This document shows positions 10,401 to 19,456 of a stretch of DNA of 64,000 nucleotides, in pieces. Below the pieces are notes generated by a model. The model had not been told where the DNA came from, did not search any database, and saw only the letters and a list, made by a program, of their open reading frames with translations. Each line of letters opens with the position of its first letter. Position 1 is the stretch's first letter. Source of the stretch: Thermoplasmatota archaeon (lineage in GTDB: Archaea > Thermoplasmatota > Penumbrarchaeia > Penumbrarchaeales > Penumbrarchaeaceae); the NCBI GenBank assembly GCA_049472195.1, contig JBLIRG010000002.1, positions 5,184-69,183 of the forward strand. Reading direction: 5' to 3'. The position numbers and the translations under genes are program-made.

Positions 10401-12188
10401 GTTGGAGATATCGAACGAAAGGACCTCCGAACTGGATGGCTGGGTCAGGAACAGATATGCCGCTCCCCGGTAATATTGGCTGGATTCGTAAGGATATCCG
10501 TAGGCGCCGACAAGTATATCGGCCACCCCGTCGTTGTTTATGTCGCCTGATCCGAAATTATCGTAGGCGTAATAGCCCAGATAATTATAGGTATAATAAC
10601 CCTGAACCGTCCAGCTCATATCGCTCCACGAATAACTGCTTCCCCATTGAGAAGCACTCATTCCATAGAACAGTCCGACTGTTCCCGCATAGTTCTGGTT
10701 CCTTCCGTTTGGTACATTATACGCACCCAGCAGTATGTCGTCAATTCCGTCACCGTCGAAATCGTCGATGTGGGATTGGCACATGTACGAACTGCTTCTG
10801 GGTCCTTTGATCTTGGCAGTGGAAATGCTGTTCAGATTGCAGTAATATCCGCCGTAGGGATATGAATTGTGAAATGTGTCCTTGTACTCCGAAACATCTG
10901 ACTTCCCCCAGATGATATTTGCCGTCCCTGTATAGGAATCGGAAGATGCCCTGTCCATGATTACAAGATCATCGAAACCGTCGCCGTTGAGATCCCCCAT
11001 GGAAGGATTGTAACCGGTATAGGCGGATGATTCGCGCTTGGTGAACATCATGTAATCTCCCTGGCGGGCCAGCATGTCATAGTGCCCTCCCCACTGCATC
11101 CATTCCGATCTCGTTCTTCCCTCGATCAGGTAGGTGGCTCCTGCGTAGGTATACCGCGAGGATGTTGTGTAGTACAGGTAGGTATAGTAACCCGCACCTA
11201 TGACAAGGTCCGTTCTTCCGTCTCCGTTGAAATCCCCGGAATCGAAGGCGTCTCCGTTTCCGTATCCCATTCTGGTGTACATGTAACCGCTGTTGCCGCA
11301 CGGGGCCCATGCTTTGATCCTGAGGTAGCCGTCACCGACGGGATCCTTGTTATTGCAGTTGATGGATCCTCCGGTGGCCTTCCATTCATTCTGGGTCCTC
11401 CCCCAGAAAACAAATGATAGTCCGGTCCAGTTGTACCTTACCCGCCAGCTGAGACCGCCCCAGTTTATATTCACGTAATACGGATATGAGTATTGCTGAC
11501 ACCAATAAGGGGCGGTTACCAGCAGATCACCTTTTCCGTCATCATCGATGTCCTCGATTCCCACATTGTAACCAAAGTAAGCATATCCTCCTCCGTACGC
11601 TCCGCGTTCACCAAGCAATTTGACATCGGGTGTCGTGTAGGATGCGCTGGTCCATTCCTCCCTTCCGAAATACAGATATGCCTCCCCGATGTAGCTGTTT
11701 GCATAATAGCTTCCGATGAGAATATCATCGATCCCGTCGCCGTCCACATCTCCCACCGCGACTGTTCCACCGGCATACCTGGAGCCGGTAGGTTTCAACG
11801 TGACATCGGCGTCCTTCTCGTCAAGGTTGGATCCGGTATTGGTCATGCCGAAGTATATCCTGACCTCTCCGCTGTAGCTCGAAGCGCCCCTGGCGCCGAC
11901 GATTATATCATTGTAACCGTCGCCGTTGACGTCCCCGATCTCGCACGCGGATCCTGTATAATCGTAATTTGTTGTGGAGGTGAACATCTGATCAGGTTCA
12001 TCCCCGTTCCACAAATTGACCGTGCCGGTCAATCGACCGTTGTCGTTGTTCAAAGCAACTTGTTCATCATTCGAAATCTCGTCCTCCTCGGAACTAACGT
12101 TCAATGTTGCCAATCCCGATATCATCAGAATGACAACGACAAGTCCCGCAAGGATGCCGGATAACGTGTAACGTAACCCTGGTTTCAA
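7434..12188 (-). CDS. Integrin-alpha-like surface receptor, paralog 1: 7 FG-GAP repeats, Ig/Fn3 stalk, TSP3-like repeats, TM, Pro-rich tail and Zn ribbon
   Basis: Seven DxDxDG blades (GDVNGDG, GDVDGDG, EDIDDDG, GDFNGDG, GDLNGDG, DDFDGDG, GDINNDG). DTDGDGLPDGEDLDDDGD repeat and TM FMVWIVVLAILILIVAVMIV. Ends with CDLCG..ECPLCG. TTG start with GGAGGTGA SD at 12193-12200. Confidence 0.88.
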   Translation of the reverse strand: MKPGLRYTLSGILAGLVVVILMISGLATLNVSSEEDEISNDEQVALNNDNGRLTGTVNLWNGDEPDQMFTSTTNYDYTGSACEIGDVNGDGYNDIIVGARGASSYSGEVRIYFGMTNTGSNLDEKDADVTLKPTGSRYAGGTVAVGDVDGDGIDDILIGSYYANSYIGEAYLYFGREEWTSASYTTPDVKLLGERGAYGGGYAYFGYNVGIEDIDDDGKGDLLVTAPYWCQQYSYPYYVNINWGGLSWRVRYNWTGLSFVFWGRTQNEWKATGGSINCNNKDPVGDGYLRIKAWAPCGNSGYMYTRMGYGNGDAFDSGDFNGDGRTDLVIGAGYYTYLYYTTSSRYTYAGATYLIEGRTRSEWMQWGGHYDMLARQGDYMMFTKRESSAYTGYNPSMGDLNGDGFDDLVIMDRASSDSYTGTANIIWGKSDVSEYKDTFHNSYPYGGYYCNLNSISTAKIKGPRSSSYMCQSHIDDFDGDGIDDILLGAYNVPNGRNQNYAGTVGLFYGMSASQWGSSYSWSDMSWTVQGYYTYNYLGYYAYDNFGSGDINNDGVADILVGAYGYPYESSQYYRGAAYLFLTQPSSSEVLSFDISNGDGEGGNILCAEAGGKGRNDTNKIGSGIYTFYTNFTNSWTVYQTSEIIIEFKLKGQLSGLSYIFGYSPQNDTYYIIDSYENGLEVVPEHSDFTTSGYHYAELNLSFRINRNFLTQDPFDVIFNIVMGRFLKTETREDMLRVEKDLTFDNIDMKVMLGDSQLERGAVLSGGEPLRITGLRAVYEETDVSPGNDKFFVRVKDNYLRVFENRSSAGLEIDIRIPTNVDSGIFRLWVEQILYPEYELHATSVSNIPGFYVSLDFDGPFAPQNLKFHADSIDDPEGRWDNDNQVWISWDPAFDTQVGVIGYKYQVRGPGSFMVTGDTEDRFTELTLGESGVYTIQIWGIDEAGNPGRRGIKSIVIDREDLTLFNHYPSYTGNIWFNSKEVELRVSISDLVVGDNSPMLDLSTLKYLVTDNMNGEPTEEMWENDGVRALYTILSLDRGENYVYTLSVPVQLSEGTENFIWWSVADEAGNRGTTKVIDVDQKVEDLYIHYRDTVNLTDNMAREKAEESRPDFEKEAISRNPANAWVDIQAPTFSDPTPDPEPQEDSRITATIIIEDQGLDLSGVDASTIQYSVSRDGISNYGGWISAGLTDDSDTILASSTELLFEPGSTNYVRWRVKDIAGNGFVVSDDFPINIVYKEVNNPPLASISAPEMHEVYDTQQKISFEGSDSIDPDLDNLQFKWVLANKTILSEEADFEVEASSLGQGVHVITLYVTDGWFTITDSISFYVKIHPSEIDTDGDGLPDGEDLDDDGDELTDQEELSLGTNPKIADTDQDGMNDYLDADPLNPLIIDDEDETGYSTYFGFMVWIVVLAILILIVAVMIVLKKRSTLEKNRVTRNVTREASMVQRYEALTGIEPELLPSVKEMGLSLPPVSAQQVVPRGRVEKEKKREKTEPEETEEPAKPVQPEPAPAPAPAPAKAPAPAGSVPGKIPKPEDLAATPNLPGNAESAGTTILCDLCGSSVEVPPGAAQVECPLCGTKKQL

Positions 12189-12254
12189 CTATTCACCTCC
12201 ATTCGGATTCTGAATTCAAAAAGAAAGCGCCTTACTCTCTTTCAATAAAAATCT

Positions 12255-12310
12255 AAGTATAATGGTATATATAAGTTATGTCGCAAATTATTCTTATTAT
12301 ATATAATTTT
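12255..12310 (-). promoter_or_regulatory. AT-rich putative archaeal promoter (TATA-like TTATATATA) upstream of paralog 1
   Basis: TTATATATA-like boxes on the minus strand within the AT-rich intergenic region. Confidence 0.4.
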
Positions 12311-12326
12311 GTCAAATTTCAACTTT

Positions 12327-12785
12327 TTACATAAGAGAGAGGATGTCGGTTTTGAATTTTATGATCCTATGCTCGCATCGAATAATGTCCGCATGCCCCT
12401 CCACGCCGAGCAGGAGCCAGTAAGCATCATCCCCGAAATCGTATATGGTGCGTCTGAAATCCTGATATACGAAAAAATTCAGATCCCCCTCGTTGAACAC
12501 GCTCTCGTCTGTAACGTTCGCCCGGTGGAAGAACGGGTTCAATCTGTATCGGAGTTCCTCCTGGTCTTCCCTGGACATGTCCACTGTCCTGAAGAATTCC
12601 TCGTTCATGTTGTGCTGGTAAAGCCTGATAAGATTTGCATAGAATGCCCCGGTGACGTAGTTCACGGCATCAACTACCAGGGGGCCGTAGTGATGTGTCG
12701 ATGATCTAATCTTCCGTTCCGTCATATCGATCAATCTGCACAGGTTGTCGTAAAACTCGTTTGAGGATGATTCATCCACTGCCAT
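12327..12785 (-). CDS. Hypothetical protein, 152 aa, between the two tandem FG-GAP genes
   Basis: ATG preceded by GGGTGGAG, with genome-like codon usage. No family recognised. Confidence 0.7.
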   Translation of the reverse strand: MAVDESSSNEFYDNLCRLIDMTERKIRSSTHHYGPLVVDAVNYVTGAFYANLIRLYQHNMNEEFFRTVDMSREDQEELRYRLNPFFHRANVTDESVFNEGDLNFFVYQDFRRTIYDFGDDAYWLLLGVEGHADIIRCEHRIIKFKTDILSLM

Positions 12786-12890
12786 TTCTCCACCCTGATC
12801 GATCGAAAGGCCACCGTCGGGAAGTTGAATGGAAATAACGGTAGTTAAGCTCTTTTATCATCGCTGTAACCATTACATTATATGCAAAAT

Positions 12891-12924
12891 AAAAAAAAAG
12901 GCGCTGGAAGCGTCTTCCAGCGCC
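12891..12924 (-). terminator. Perfect 11-bp hairpin plus U9 terminator after FG-GAP paralog 2
   Basis: ggcgctggaag (12900-12910), loop cgt, cttccagcgcc (12914-12924). A9 at 12891-12899 gives the U-tract on the minus strand. Confidence 0.8.
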
Positions 12925-12940
12925 GGATGCAATTCTTTCC

Positions 12941-15900
12941 TCACAGGTTCTTCTTCTCACCGCAGAGCGGGCACTCTACCTGGGATACGCCCGGCAGAAC
13001 CTCAATGGAGGATCCGCAGAGGTCGCATGTGGTGGTGGAGGCTCCCGTGTCAGCTGCACCGGAAGAACCGGGAAGGTTCGGCGTCGCAGTGAGGTCCTCG
13101 GGTTTCGGTACCTGACCGGGGACTTTTCCCGCCGGGGCGGGCGCCCTCCCGGGAGCGGGTGCCGGTTTGGGTGCCGGAGCGGGTTTGGGCACTGTCGGGG
13201 ACGGCTCAGGCTCCGCGGTTTTTACAGGTTCCTCTTCCTTCTTGGGTTCCTTGATGTCATGAAGCTTCTTTGCTTTACCCCGTGGTAGGACCTGTTGAGC
13301 GGCGATCGGAGGCAGGGATACTCCCATGTCCTTTACGGAGGGAAGGAGCTCGGCTTCGATGCCGGTGAGCGCTTCATACCTCTGGACGACCTCCGATTCC
13401 CTGGCGACGGATCTCGTGATCCTATTCTTCTCGACCGTGGACCTCTTCTTGAGAACCACCATCACAGCGACCAGAAGTATCAGGATTGCCAGGACAACCA
13501 CCCAGATCATGAAGGAATAGTAGGTGGAATACCCTTCATCCTTCTCCTTCTCGAAGACCAGGGGATTGAGCGGTTCGGGATCGAGATAGTCATCAATACC
13601 GTCCTGATCCGTGTCCTTTAGTTTCGGATTGGTTCCCATGGCGAGCTCCTCGAGATCAGACAATCTGTCGTTGTCATCATCGAGATCCTCGCCATCCGGC
13701 AGGCCGTCCCCGTCGGTATCGACCTCGTCCGGATGGATCTTCACGTAAAGCGATACCGAGTCTGTGATCGTGAACCATCCGTCGGTAACATACAGGGTGA
13801 TGACATGGACGCCCTCTCCGAGCCTGGCGGCCGGTATCTCGAAATCGGCCTTCTCGCTGAGGATCGTCTTGTTCGCCAGGACCCACTTGAACTGCAGATT
13901 ATCCAGGTCCGGATCGGTGGAATCCGATCCTTCGAAGGATATGGTCTGCTTAGTGTCGAACACATCCTGCATTTCGGGTGAGGATATCACTGCTATCGGG
14001 GGATTGTTCAGCGGAATGAACTCGATTATTATCGGATAGTCGTCGGAGACAACGAATCCGTTTCCGGCAACATCCTTTGCCCTCCACCTGATATAATTGG
14101 TGGAACCGGGTTCGAACAGAAGAACCGTGGTCGAGGCAAGGACCTGATCGGCATCGTCGCTCAATCCGGCGGAGATCCAGCCTCCGTAATTGGAAATTCC
14201 GTCCCGCGATATTGAGTACTGTATCGTCGATACATCGACCCCGGAGAGATCCACTCCCTTATCCCGGATGATCACCGTTGCGGTGATCCTGTTGGTTTCC
14301 TGGGGTTCCGGGTCCGGTGTGGGATCGGAGAACATCGGGGCCTGAATATCGACCCAGGCGTTGGCAGGATTCTCACTCATCGCTTTCTTTTCCAGGGTGG
14401 CCCTGCTCTCCTCGGCCTTCTCCCTTGCCATGTTATCCGTGAGGTTCATGGTGTCCCTGTAATATACGTAGAGATCCTCGACCTCGGCATCAACGTCCAG
14501 TATCCGTGTGATCCCCTCGTTTCCGGCCTCGTCCTTCACTGACCACCAGATGTAGTTCTCCTTTCCTTCCTTCAGCTGAACCGGGGCCGATATGGTGTAT
14601 ATGTATCTCTCCCCGCGGTCGATCGACATGAGCGTATACTGAGCTTTGACCCCGTCCGCTTCCCACATCTCCTCGGTTGGTTCACCGGTCATCTGATCCG
14701 TCACGAGGTATCTCAGGGTCGAGAGGTCGAGCATCGGGCCGTTGTCACCGACCATAAGATCGCTTATCGAAGCCCTTAGGTCGACCTCCTTGGAGTTGAA
14801 CCACATATCACCCATGTATGTGGGATAGTGGTTGACGATGGAGAGATCCTCATGGTCGATCACGATGGATTTGATGGCCCTGATTCCAGGATTGTTCGCC
14901 TCGTCCATACCCCAGATCTGGATGGTGTAGACACCGCTGCCACCGAGGGTGAGTTCTGTGAATCGGTCAACGGTATCACCCGTCACGAGGAAGGAGCCGG
15001 GACCCCTGAGCTGGTATTTGTACCCGATCACATCCACCTGGGTATCGAAGGCAGGATCCCAGGAGATCCAGACCTGGTTGTCGTTATCCCATCTTCCCTC
15101 GGGATCGTCGATGGAATCGGCGTGGAACTTCAGGTTCTGGGGTGCTGACGGTCCTTCGAAATCCATGGTCACGTAGAAGCCTGGGACCGCTCCTTTTTCC
15201 TCTGCGTAAACCCCGTATTCGGGAGATATCATGATATTCACCCAGAACCGAAGGGTTCCCGAATCGACGTTGGTCGGAAGTATCATATTGATATCCATGC
15301 CCGCGGAGGAGTGGTTCTCGAAGACCCTCATGTAGTTATCGGTCACCCTGATGTAGTATTTGTCGTTGGACGGAGATACCTCCGTGTCCTCGTACACCAC
15401 CCTGAGTCCGGAGATCACCAGAGGATCTCCACCGGGTATGAAATCCCCTCTATTCACGGTTCTTCCTCCCTGTGTTACGGTCATGTCTATGTTGTTGAAA
15501 GTGATGTCCTTTTCCACCCTGAGCATTTCCTCTTCTACGTGGTAAACAACATCCCTGGACCGCACTATTCCGAACTTGACGTCGAAGGGATCCTGGGTCG
15601 GGAAGTTCCTGTTGATCCTGATCGAGATATTAATCTCCGCATCAAAATAGCCGTGTATCGTATAGTTGCATTTATCCTGTACCAGTTCTATGGCGTCGGC
15701 GAAATTATCTTTTATGTAGAAGGTATCGTTGATGGGATTGTATCCCATGCTGTAGGTTATTCCGGTCCATCCCCCTTTCAGAACGAACTCGAGAACGATC
15801 TCGTTTGCTTCCTTCACGGTCCACGAATCCGTATAATTCCCCCAGAACGTGTAGACGCCGTCGCCTATGGGATCCGCGCCTCCCACGCCGCCTGCTTCGG

Positions 15901-17671
15901 CGGTGAGGATGTTATTCTCCTCCCCGTCTCCGTCCTTCAGCTCGAATCCCTTGATCTCGAGGGCGGGAGGTTCTGTCAGGAACATGTAGACAGCACCGCA
16001 GTATGAAGTTGTCCCATAGGACCTGCCCTGTGCAGTAAGGACGATATCGGCTATGCTGTCATCGTTGAAATCCCCGCTGGACATGGACTGCAGGTAATAA
16101 TCACCAAGGTAACTGTATCGAGTCTCCCCCTGGACGGTCCAGTCGGCATCAGTCCATTTCAGATCCGATTGCCAATTGGCCTGTCCGTAGAACAGCCCAA
16201 CCCTTCCAGCATAGGTGTCGCTGTTATCATTGGGCATTCTGGACGGTGCAACGAGGAGATCTCCGTAACCGTCCCCGTCGAAGTCGTCGATCCAGTTGTG
16301 GGCCATGTAGCCACTGCTGGAGGTTCCGGAGATGGTCACATCCGTTACGTCTTTGATGTCGTTGTAATATCCGCCCGCGGGATAGCTGTCCCAGAATGTC
16401 GAGGTAAGGCTCGAGGTATCCGATCTTCCCCAAATGATGTAGCTCTGTCCCTCGTAATTTCCCGGCATCCGGTAAGAGCTGATGACGAGATCGTCATATC
16501 CGTCCCCGTTCAGATCTCCCAGTCTGGGATTGAATCCGGAGTAGGTGGAGCTCTCTCTCCTTGTGAAGAGCATGTAATCGCCGTTTCTGGCCATCATGTC
16601 GTAATGACCGCCCCACTGCATCCACTCCGATCTGGATCTTCCTGGAACTAGCCATGTCGCTCCGGTGTAGGAATACGATGAATAGGTAGAATAGTAAACA
16701 TAGCAGTAATAACCGGTCCCAAAGAGGATATCATTATAACCGTCACCGTCAAAATCACCGGAATGTGTGCTCTGGCCCCCGTAATATCCGAGTCTAGCGT
16801 ATCTGTAGGAACCGCCGGGCATCCAGCCCTTGATCCTTACGTACTGGTCCCCCGTGTAATCCTTGTTGTCGCAGTTTATGGTCCCGCCGATCGCGGTCCA
16901 TTCCGTTCTGGACCTACCCCAGAATATGAATGCTAGACCCGTGTAATTGTAATAGATATAGTTAGTGGTCCCTTTGAAATATTCGTTTCCGTTGACATAT
17001 TCATACCAGTAGGGCTCGGTTGCGATTATATCATCGTATCCGTCGTTATCCAGATCGTCCACCCAGACGTTGTCGCCGAAATACGATGAGGAGGACTGAC
17101 CGGTCTCACCGATGAATTTCAGATCGGGCGCCGTGTATGATTTTCCTTTGACCCAGTCCGTTCTTCCGTAGAACACGAAGGCTTCACCCTTGTAGCTGGA
17201 TCCGCCGTAGTTGCCCAGAGCGATATCGTCGATACCGTCGCCGTCCACGTCCCCGATGCCTATGGTGTCTCCAAGTCCGACGCCGCCGCTTGGTTTCAAG
17301 GTGACGTCGGCATCCTTGTATGACAGTGATCCTCCTGCCGTTATCATGCCGAAGTACACGTAGACCTCGTTGATCCCGTCGGCTCCCGTGACCATATCGT
17401 CGTATCCGTCCCCGTTCACGTCACCAACCGCAATTCCGGCGCCCATCCAGGCGCTTGATGTCGTGTGGTACATCATCTGGTCGGCGCTGCTCTCCCAGAG
17501 CTTCACATCTCCGGAAAGCCTGTTGGTTACGGGAAGCGGCTGTTCGTCGCCCGATCCGCCCTCGGTGACCGGTACGAACTCGATCACCGTCAGGCTGCTC
17601 AGAAGGAATAATGCCGCTATGAGAAACGGAATCATTCCCCGCTTTAAGGTTGTCTTGGATAAGCTTGTCAT
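12941..17671 (-). CDS. Integrin-alpha-like surface receptor, paralog 2 (same architecture as 7434-12188)
   Basis: Seven FG-GAP blades, a stalk colinear with paralog 1, TM FMIWVVVLAILILLVAVMVV, RYEALTGI and CDLCG..ECPLCG. ATG 17671 has a GGGGTGA SD. Confidence 0.88.
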   Translation of the reverse strand: MTSLSKTTLKRGMIPFLIAALFLLSSLTVIEFVPVTEGGSGDEQPLPVTNRLSGDVKLWESSADQMMYHTTSSAWMGAGIAVGDVNGDGYDDMVTGADGINEVYVYFGMITAGGSLSYKDADVTLKPSGGVGLGDTIGIGDVDGDGIDDIALGNYGGSSYKGEAFVFYGRTDWVKGKSYTAPDLKFIGETGQSSSSYFGDNVWVDDLDNDGYDDIIATEPYWYEYVNGNEYFKGTTNYIYYNYTGLAFIFWGRSRTEWTAIGGTINCDNKDYTGDQYVRIKGWMPGGSYRYARLGYYGGQSTHSGDFDGDGYNDILFGTGYYCYVYYSTYSSYSYTGATWLVPGRSRSEWMQWGGHYDMMARNGDYMLFTRRESSTYSGFNPRLGDLNGDGYDDLVISSYRMPGNYEGQSYIIWGRSDTSSLTSTFWDSYPAGGYYNDIKDVTDVTISGTSSSGYMAHNWIDDFDGDGYGDLLVAPSRMPNDNSDTYAGRVGLFYGQANWQSDLKWTDADWTVQGETRYSYLGDYYLQSMSSGDFNDDSIADIVLTAQGRSYGTTSYCGAVYMFLTEPPALEIKGFELKDGDGEENNILTAEAGGVGGADPIGDGVYTFWGNYTDSWTVKEANEIVLEFVLKGGWTGITYSMGYNPINDTFYIKDNFADAIELVQDKCNYTIHGYFDAEINISIRINRNFPTQDPFDVKFGIVRSRDVVYHVEEEMLRVEKDITFNNIDMTVTQGGRTVNRGDFIPGGDPLVISGLRVVYEDTEVSPSNDKYYIRVTDNYMRVFENHSSAGMDINMILPTNVDSGTLRFWVNIMISPEYGVYAEEKGAVPGFYVTMDFEGPSAPQNLKFHADSIDDPEGRWDNDNQVWISWDPAFDTQVDVIGYKYQLRGPGSFLVTGDTVDRFTELTLGGSGVYTIQIWGMDEANNPGIRAIKSIVIDHEDLSIVNHYPTYMGDMWFNSKEVDLRASISDLMVGDNGPMLDLSTLRYLVTDQMTGEPTEEMWEADGVKAQYTLMSIDRGERYIYTISAPVQLKEGKENYIWWSVKDEAGNEGITRILDVDAEVEDLYVYYRDTMNLTDNMAREKAEESRATLEKKAMSENPANAWVDIQAPMFSDPTPDPEPQETNRITATVIIRDKGVDLSGVDVSTIQYSISRDGISNYGGWISAGLSDDADQVLASTTVLLFEPGSTNYIRWRAKDVAGNGFVVSDDYPIIIEFIPLNNPPIAVISSPEMQDVFDTKQTISFEGSDSTDPDLDNLQFKWVLANKTILSEKADFEIPAARLGEGVHVITLYVTDGWFTITDSVSLYVKIHPDEVDTDGDGLPDGEDLDDDNDRLSDLEELAMGTNPKLKDTDQDGIDDYLDPEPLNPLVFEKEKDEGYSTYYSFMIWVVVLAILILLVAVMVVLKKRSTVEKNRITRSVARESEVVQRYEALTGIEAELLPSVKDMGVSLPPIAAQQVLPRGKAKKLHDIKEPKKEEEPVKTAEPEPSPTVPKPAPAPKPAPAPGRAPAPAGKVPGQVPKPEDLTATPNLPGSSGAADTGASTTTCDLCGSSIEVLPGVSQVECPLCGEKKNL

Positions 17672-17858
17672 TATGTTCACCCCTATATACTCTATGCTGC
17701 TCCATTTGAGCATCAAAATTTTACAAATACAGGCCCCATTTTATAATATATAAAAGGCACAGTTGGATTTTTTCATTTTATATAAAGTTTACATGTTTAT
17801 ATGGCTGTTGTGACCGATTTCATCCAATTTGAATGGATGAATTCATCCTCAATTTTTA

Positions 17859-19397
17859 CTAGAAACCTCCCACCTCCCACGGGGGATAGGCGGAGGTCTG
17901 AAGGAAACCGAAGAGGAATACGGATATCCATGTAAGCGGGGGATCGGAGGCGAGTGCAAAGGGAAATATCCAGAGAAGATACCACGGATGAAACTGGGGC
18001 GAGCAGATGAGAAGGAGGATCAGCACGGAAGCGGAGACCGTGGGGATCAAAATGACGGGAATATGACGCTTCAACATTTTTGTGCCTTCTTGAATCCCGT
18101 TCTCCCCTCCCTCGGAATCGAAGCTGACGAAGAGATATACGGATAGACCTATGAACAGGATCGAGCGCCCCAGTGAGAACATTCCCGATGTCCATTCGTA
18201 GATGGAATGGGATCCGGCCTTGATTATGGATATGCCGTAGATCAGCATGATTATGATGAGAAGCGAGGTCAGAACGGCGATCAGCGAAAGGTCTTTCCTT
18301 TTTATCTTTCCCGTTGCCCCACGGTAGTAGAGATACAGCGCTCCCGCCGCCAGCGCAAGGTTTAGAATTACCGCAGCAGCCGAGGTTGGGAATCCGGCAA
18401 TATCAAGGATCAGCTCCATTAGGAACCTCACCGAGAGCCCGCTGTACCATCCTGCCGTCTGATATACGAAATAATCCAGAAGAAGTACGGGATCCCTGAT
18501 AAGGATCGGGAGGGATGAAATAAGGAAAACGGATACGAACCCGGCGAGAAGGATTCCCCTGTCCTTCCATTTCCTGAAACCGAGGAGAAAGACGGGTAGA
18601 AGGAAGATCGGATACAGCTTGAGGGAGAATCCCGCCCCCAGAAAGAGGCCCGATATGATCGGCTTTCCCCTGATAAGGAAGAGGTAGGAAAGGAGAACCG
18701 AGATCACCACCACGGGATCGAAATGCCCCGCAAGCCCCGACTCCAGTATCCCGACCGGCCACAGGGAATATGCCAAGGCACCGATCCCCCAACCGATCGG
18801 GGGCAATCCGCCATCAGACGATCCGTCAGTTACACGGTTGAGGTATCCACTATCCATGCCGGCTCTGTATATGCCAAGCATTACCACCGGTATCGCTGAA
18901 TTTACCAGGACGAAGATTATTCTGAAGGACGCCTCGGTCGGTCCGAATACGACCGAGATGAGTCCGACCATCCAGATGTAGAGCGGCGGCTTGTTTACGG
19001 GGAAATCCTGATAGGGGAATTTCCCGTCGATCATGTTCTCCCCCCGCATATGCAGCCACATTATGTCCTGGGAGAGTGCCGGTTCCCTGAGAAGAAAGGT
19101 CAGCTGAAGAAACAGCGCGATACCGAAAAGCAGGAGCGAGGAACGAAGCGGTCCGAGGGACATAAGCTTCCCGGGATATGACGACCTGGCGAAGAAAAAG
19201 ACCGCCGCGGCGAATGATATGTACCATACCGCGTTTGCTGACTGAAAACGGAGCCATGAATCTCCCCCCGCCGCCATAAAAACATAGGACAGCATGTATA
19301 TGGTGAGCGATACGAAGAAAAGCGCCTCGCTTGACAACCGGTTCCTTCCCGTCCCGGCTGTCTTGATCAACCGCCGTTCGGCGATATCCATGGCCAT
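17859..19397 (-). CDS. GT-C fold polytopic glycosyltransferase (GT87/DUF2029-like)
   Basis: Many TM helices; FPYQDFPVNKPP, HFDPV, SLKLYP and PQFHPWYLLW motifs. Confidence 0.7.
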   Translation of the reverse strand: MAMDIAERRLIKTAGTGRNRLSSEALFFVSLTIYMLSYVFMAAGGDSWLRFQSANAVWYISFAAAVFFFARSSYPGKLMSLGPLRSSLLLFGIALFLQLTFLLREPALSQDIMWLHMRGENMIDGKFPYQDFPVNKPPLYIWMVGLISVVFGPTEASFRIIFVLVNSAIPVVMLGIYRAGMDSGYLNRVTDGSSDGGLPPIGWGIGALAYSLWPVGILESGLAGHFDPVVVISVLLSYLFLIRGKPIISGLFLGAGFSLKLYPIFLLPVFLLGFRKWKDRGILLAGFVSVFLISSLPILIRDPVLLLDYFVYQTAGWYSGLSVRFLMELILDIAGFPTSAAAVILNLALAAGALYLYYRGATGKIKRKDLSLIAVLTSLLIIIMLIYGISIIKAGSHSIYEWTSGMFSLGRSILFIGLSVYLFVSFDSEGGENGIQEGTKMLKRHIPVILIPTVSASVLILLLICSPQFHPWYLLWIFPFALASDPPLTWISVFLFGFLQTSAYPPWEVGGF

Positions 19398-19456
19398 ATG
19401 AAGGAATTACCTCATTTAAACATAACCGCGGTAATCATGACGGGATCATTAAAGGA

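Noticed and set aside
11140-17012. Diversity-generating retroelement acting on the Tyr-rich propeller loops
   Set aside because: There is no reverse transcriptase and no TR/VR pair differing only at adenines in the window. The loop codons checked (e.g. CTG, TCG, CGG, ACA) do not fit simple AAY-derived mutagenesis. A trans-acting DGR elsewhere cannot be excluded.
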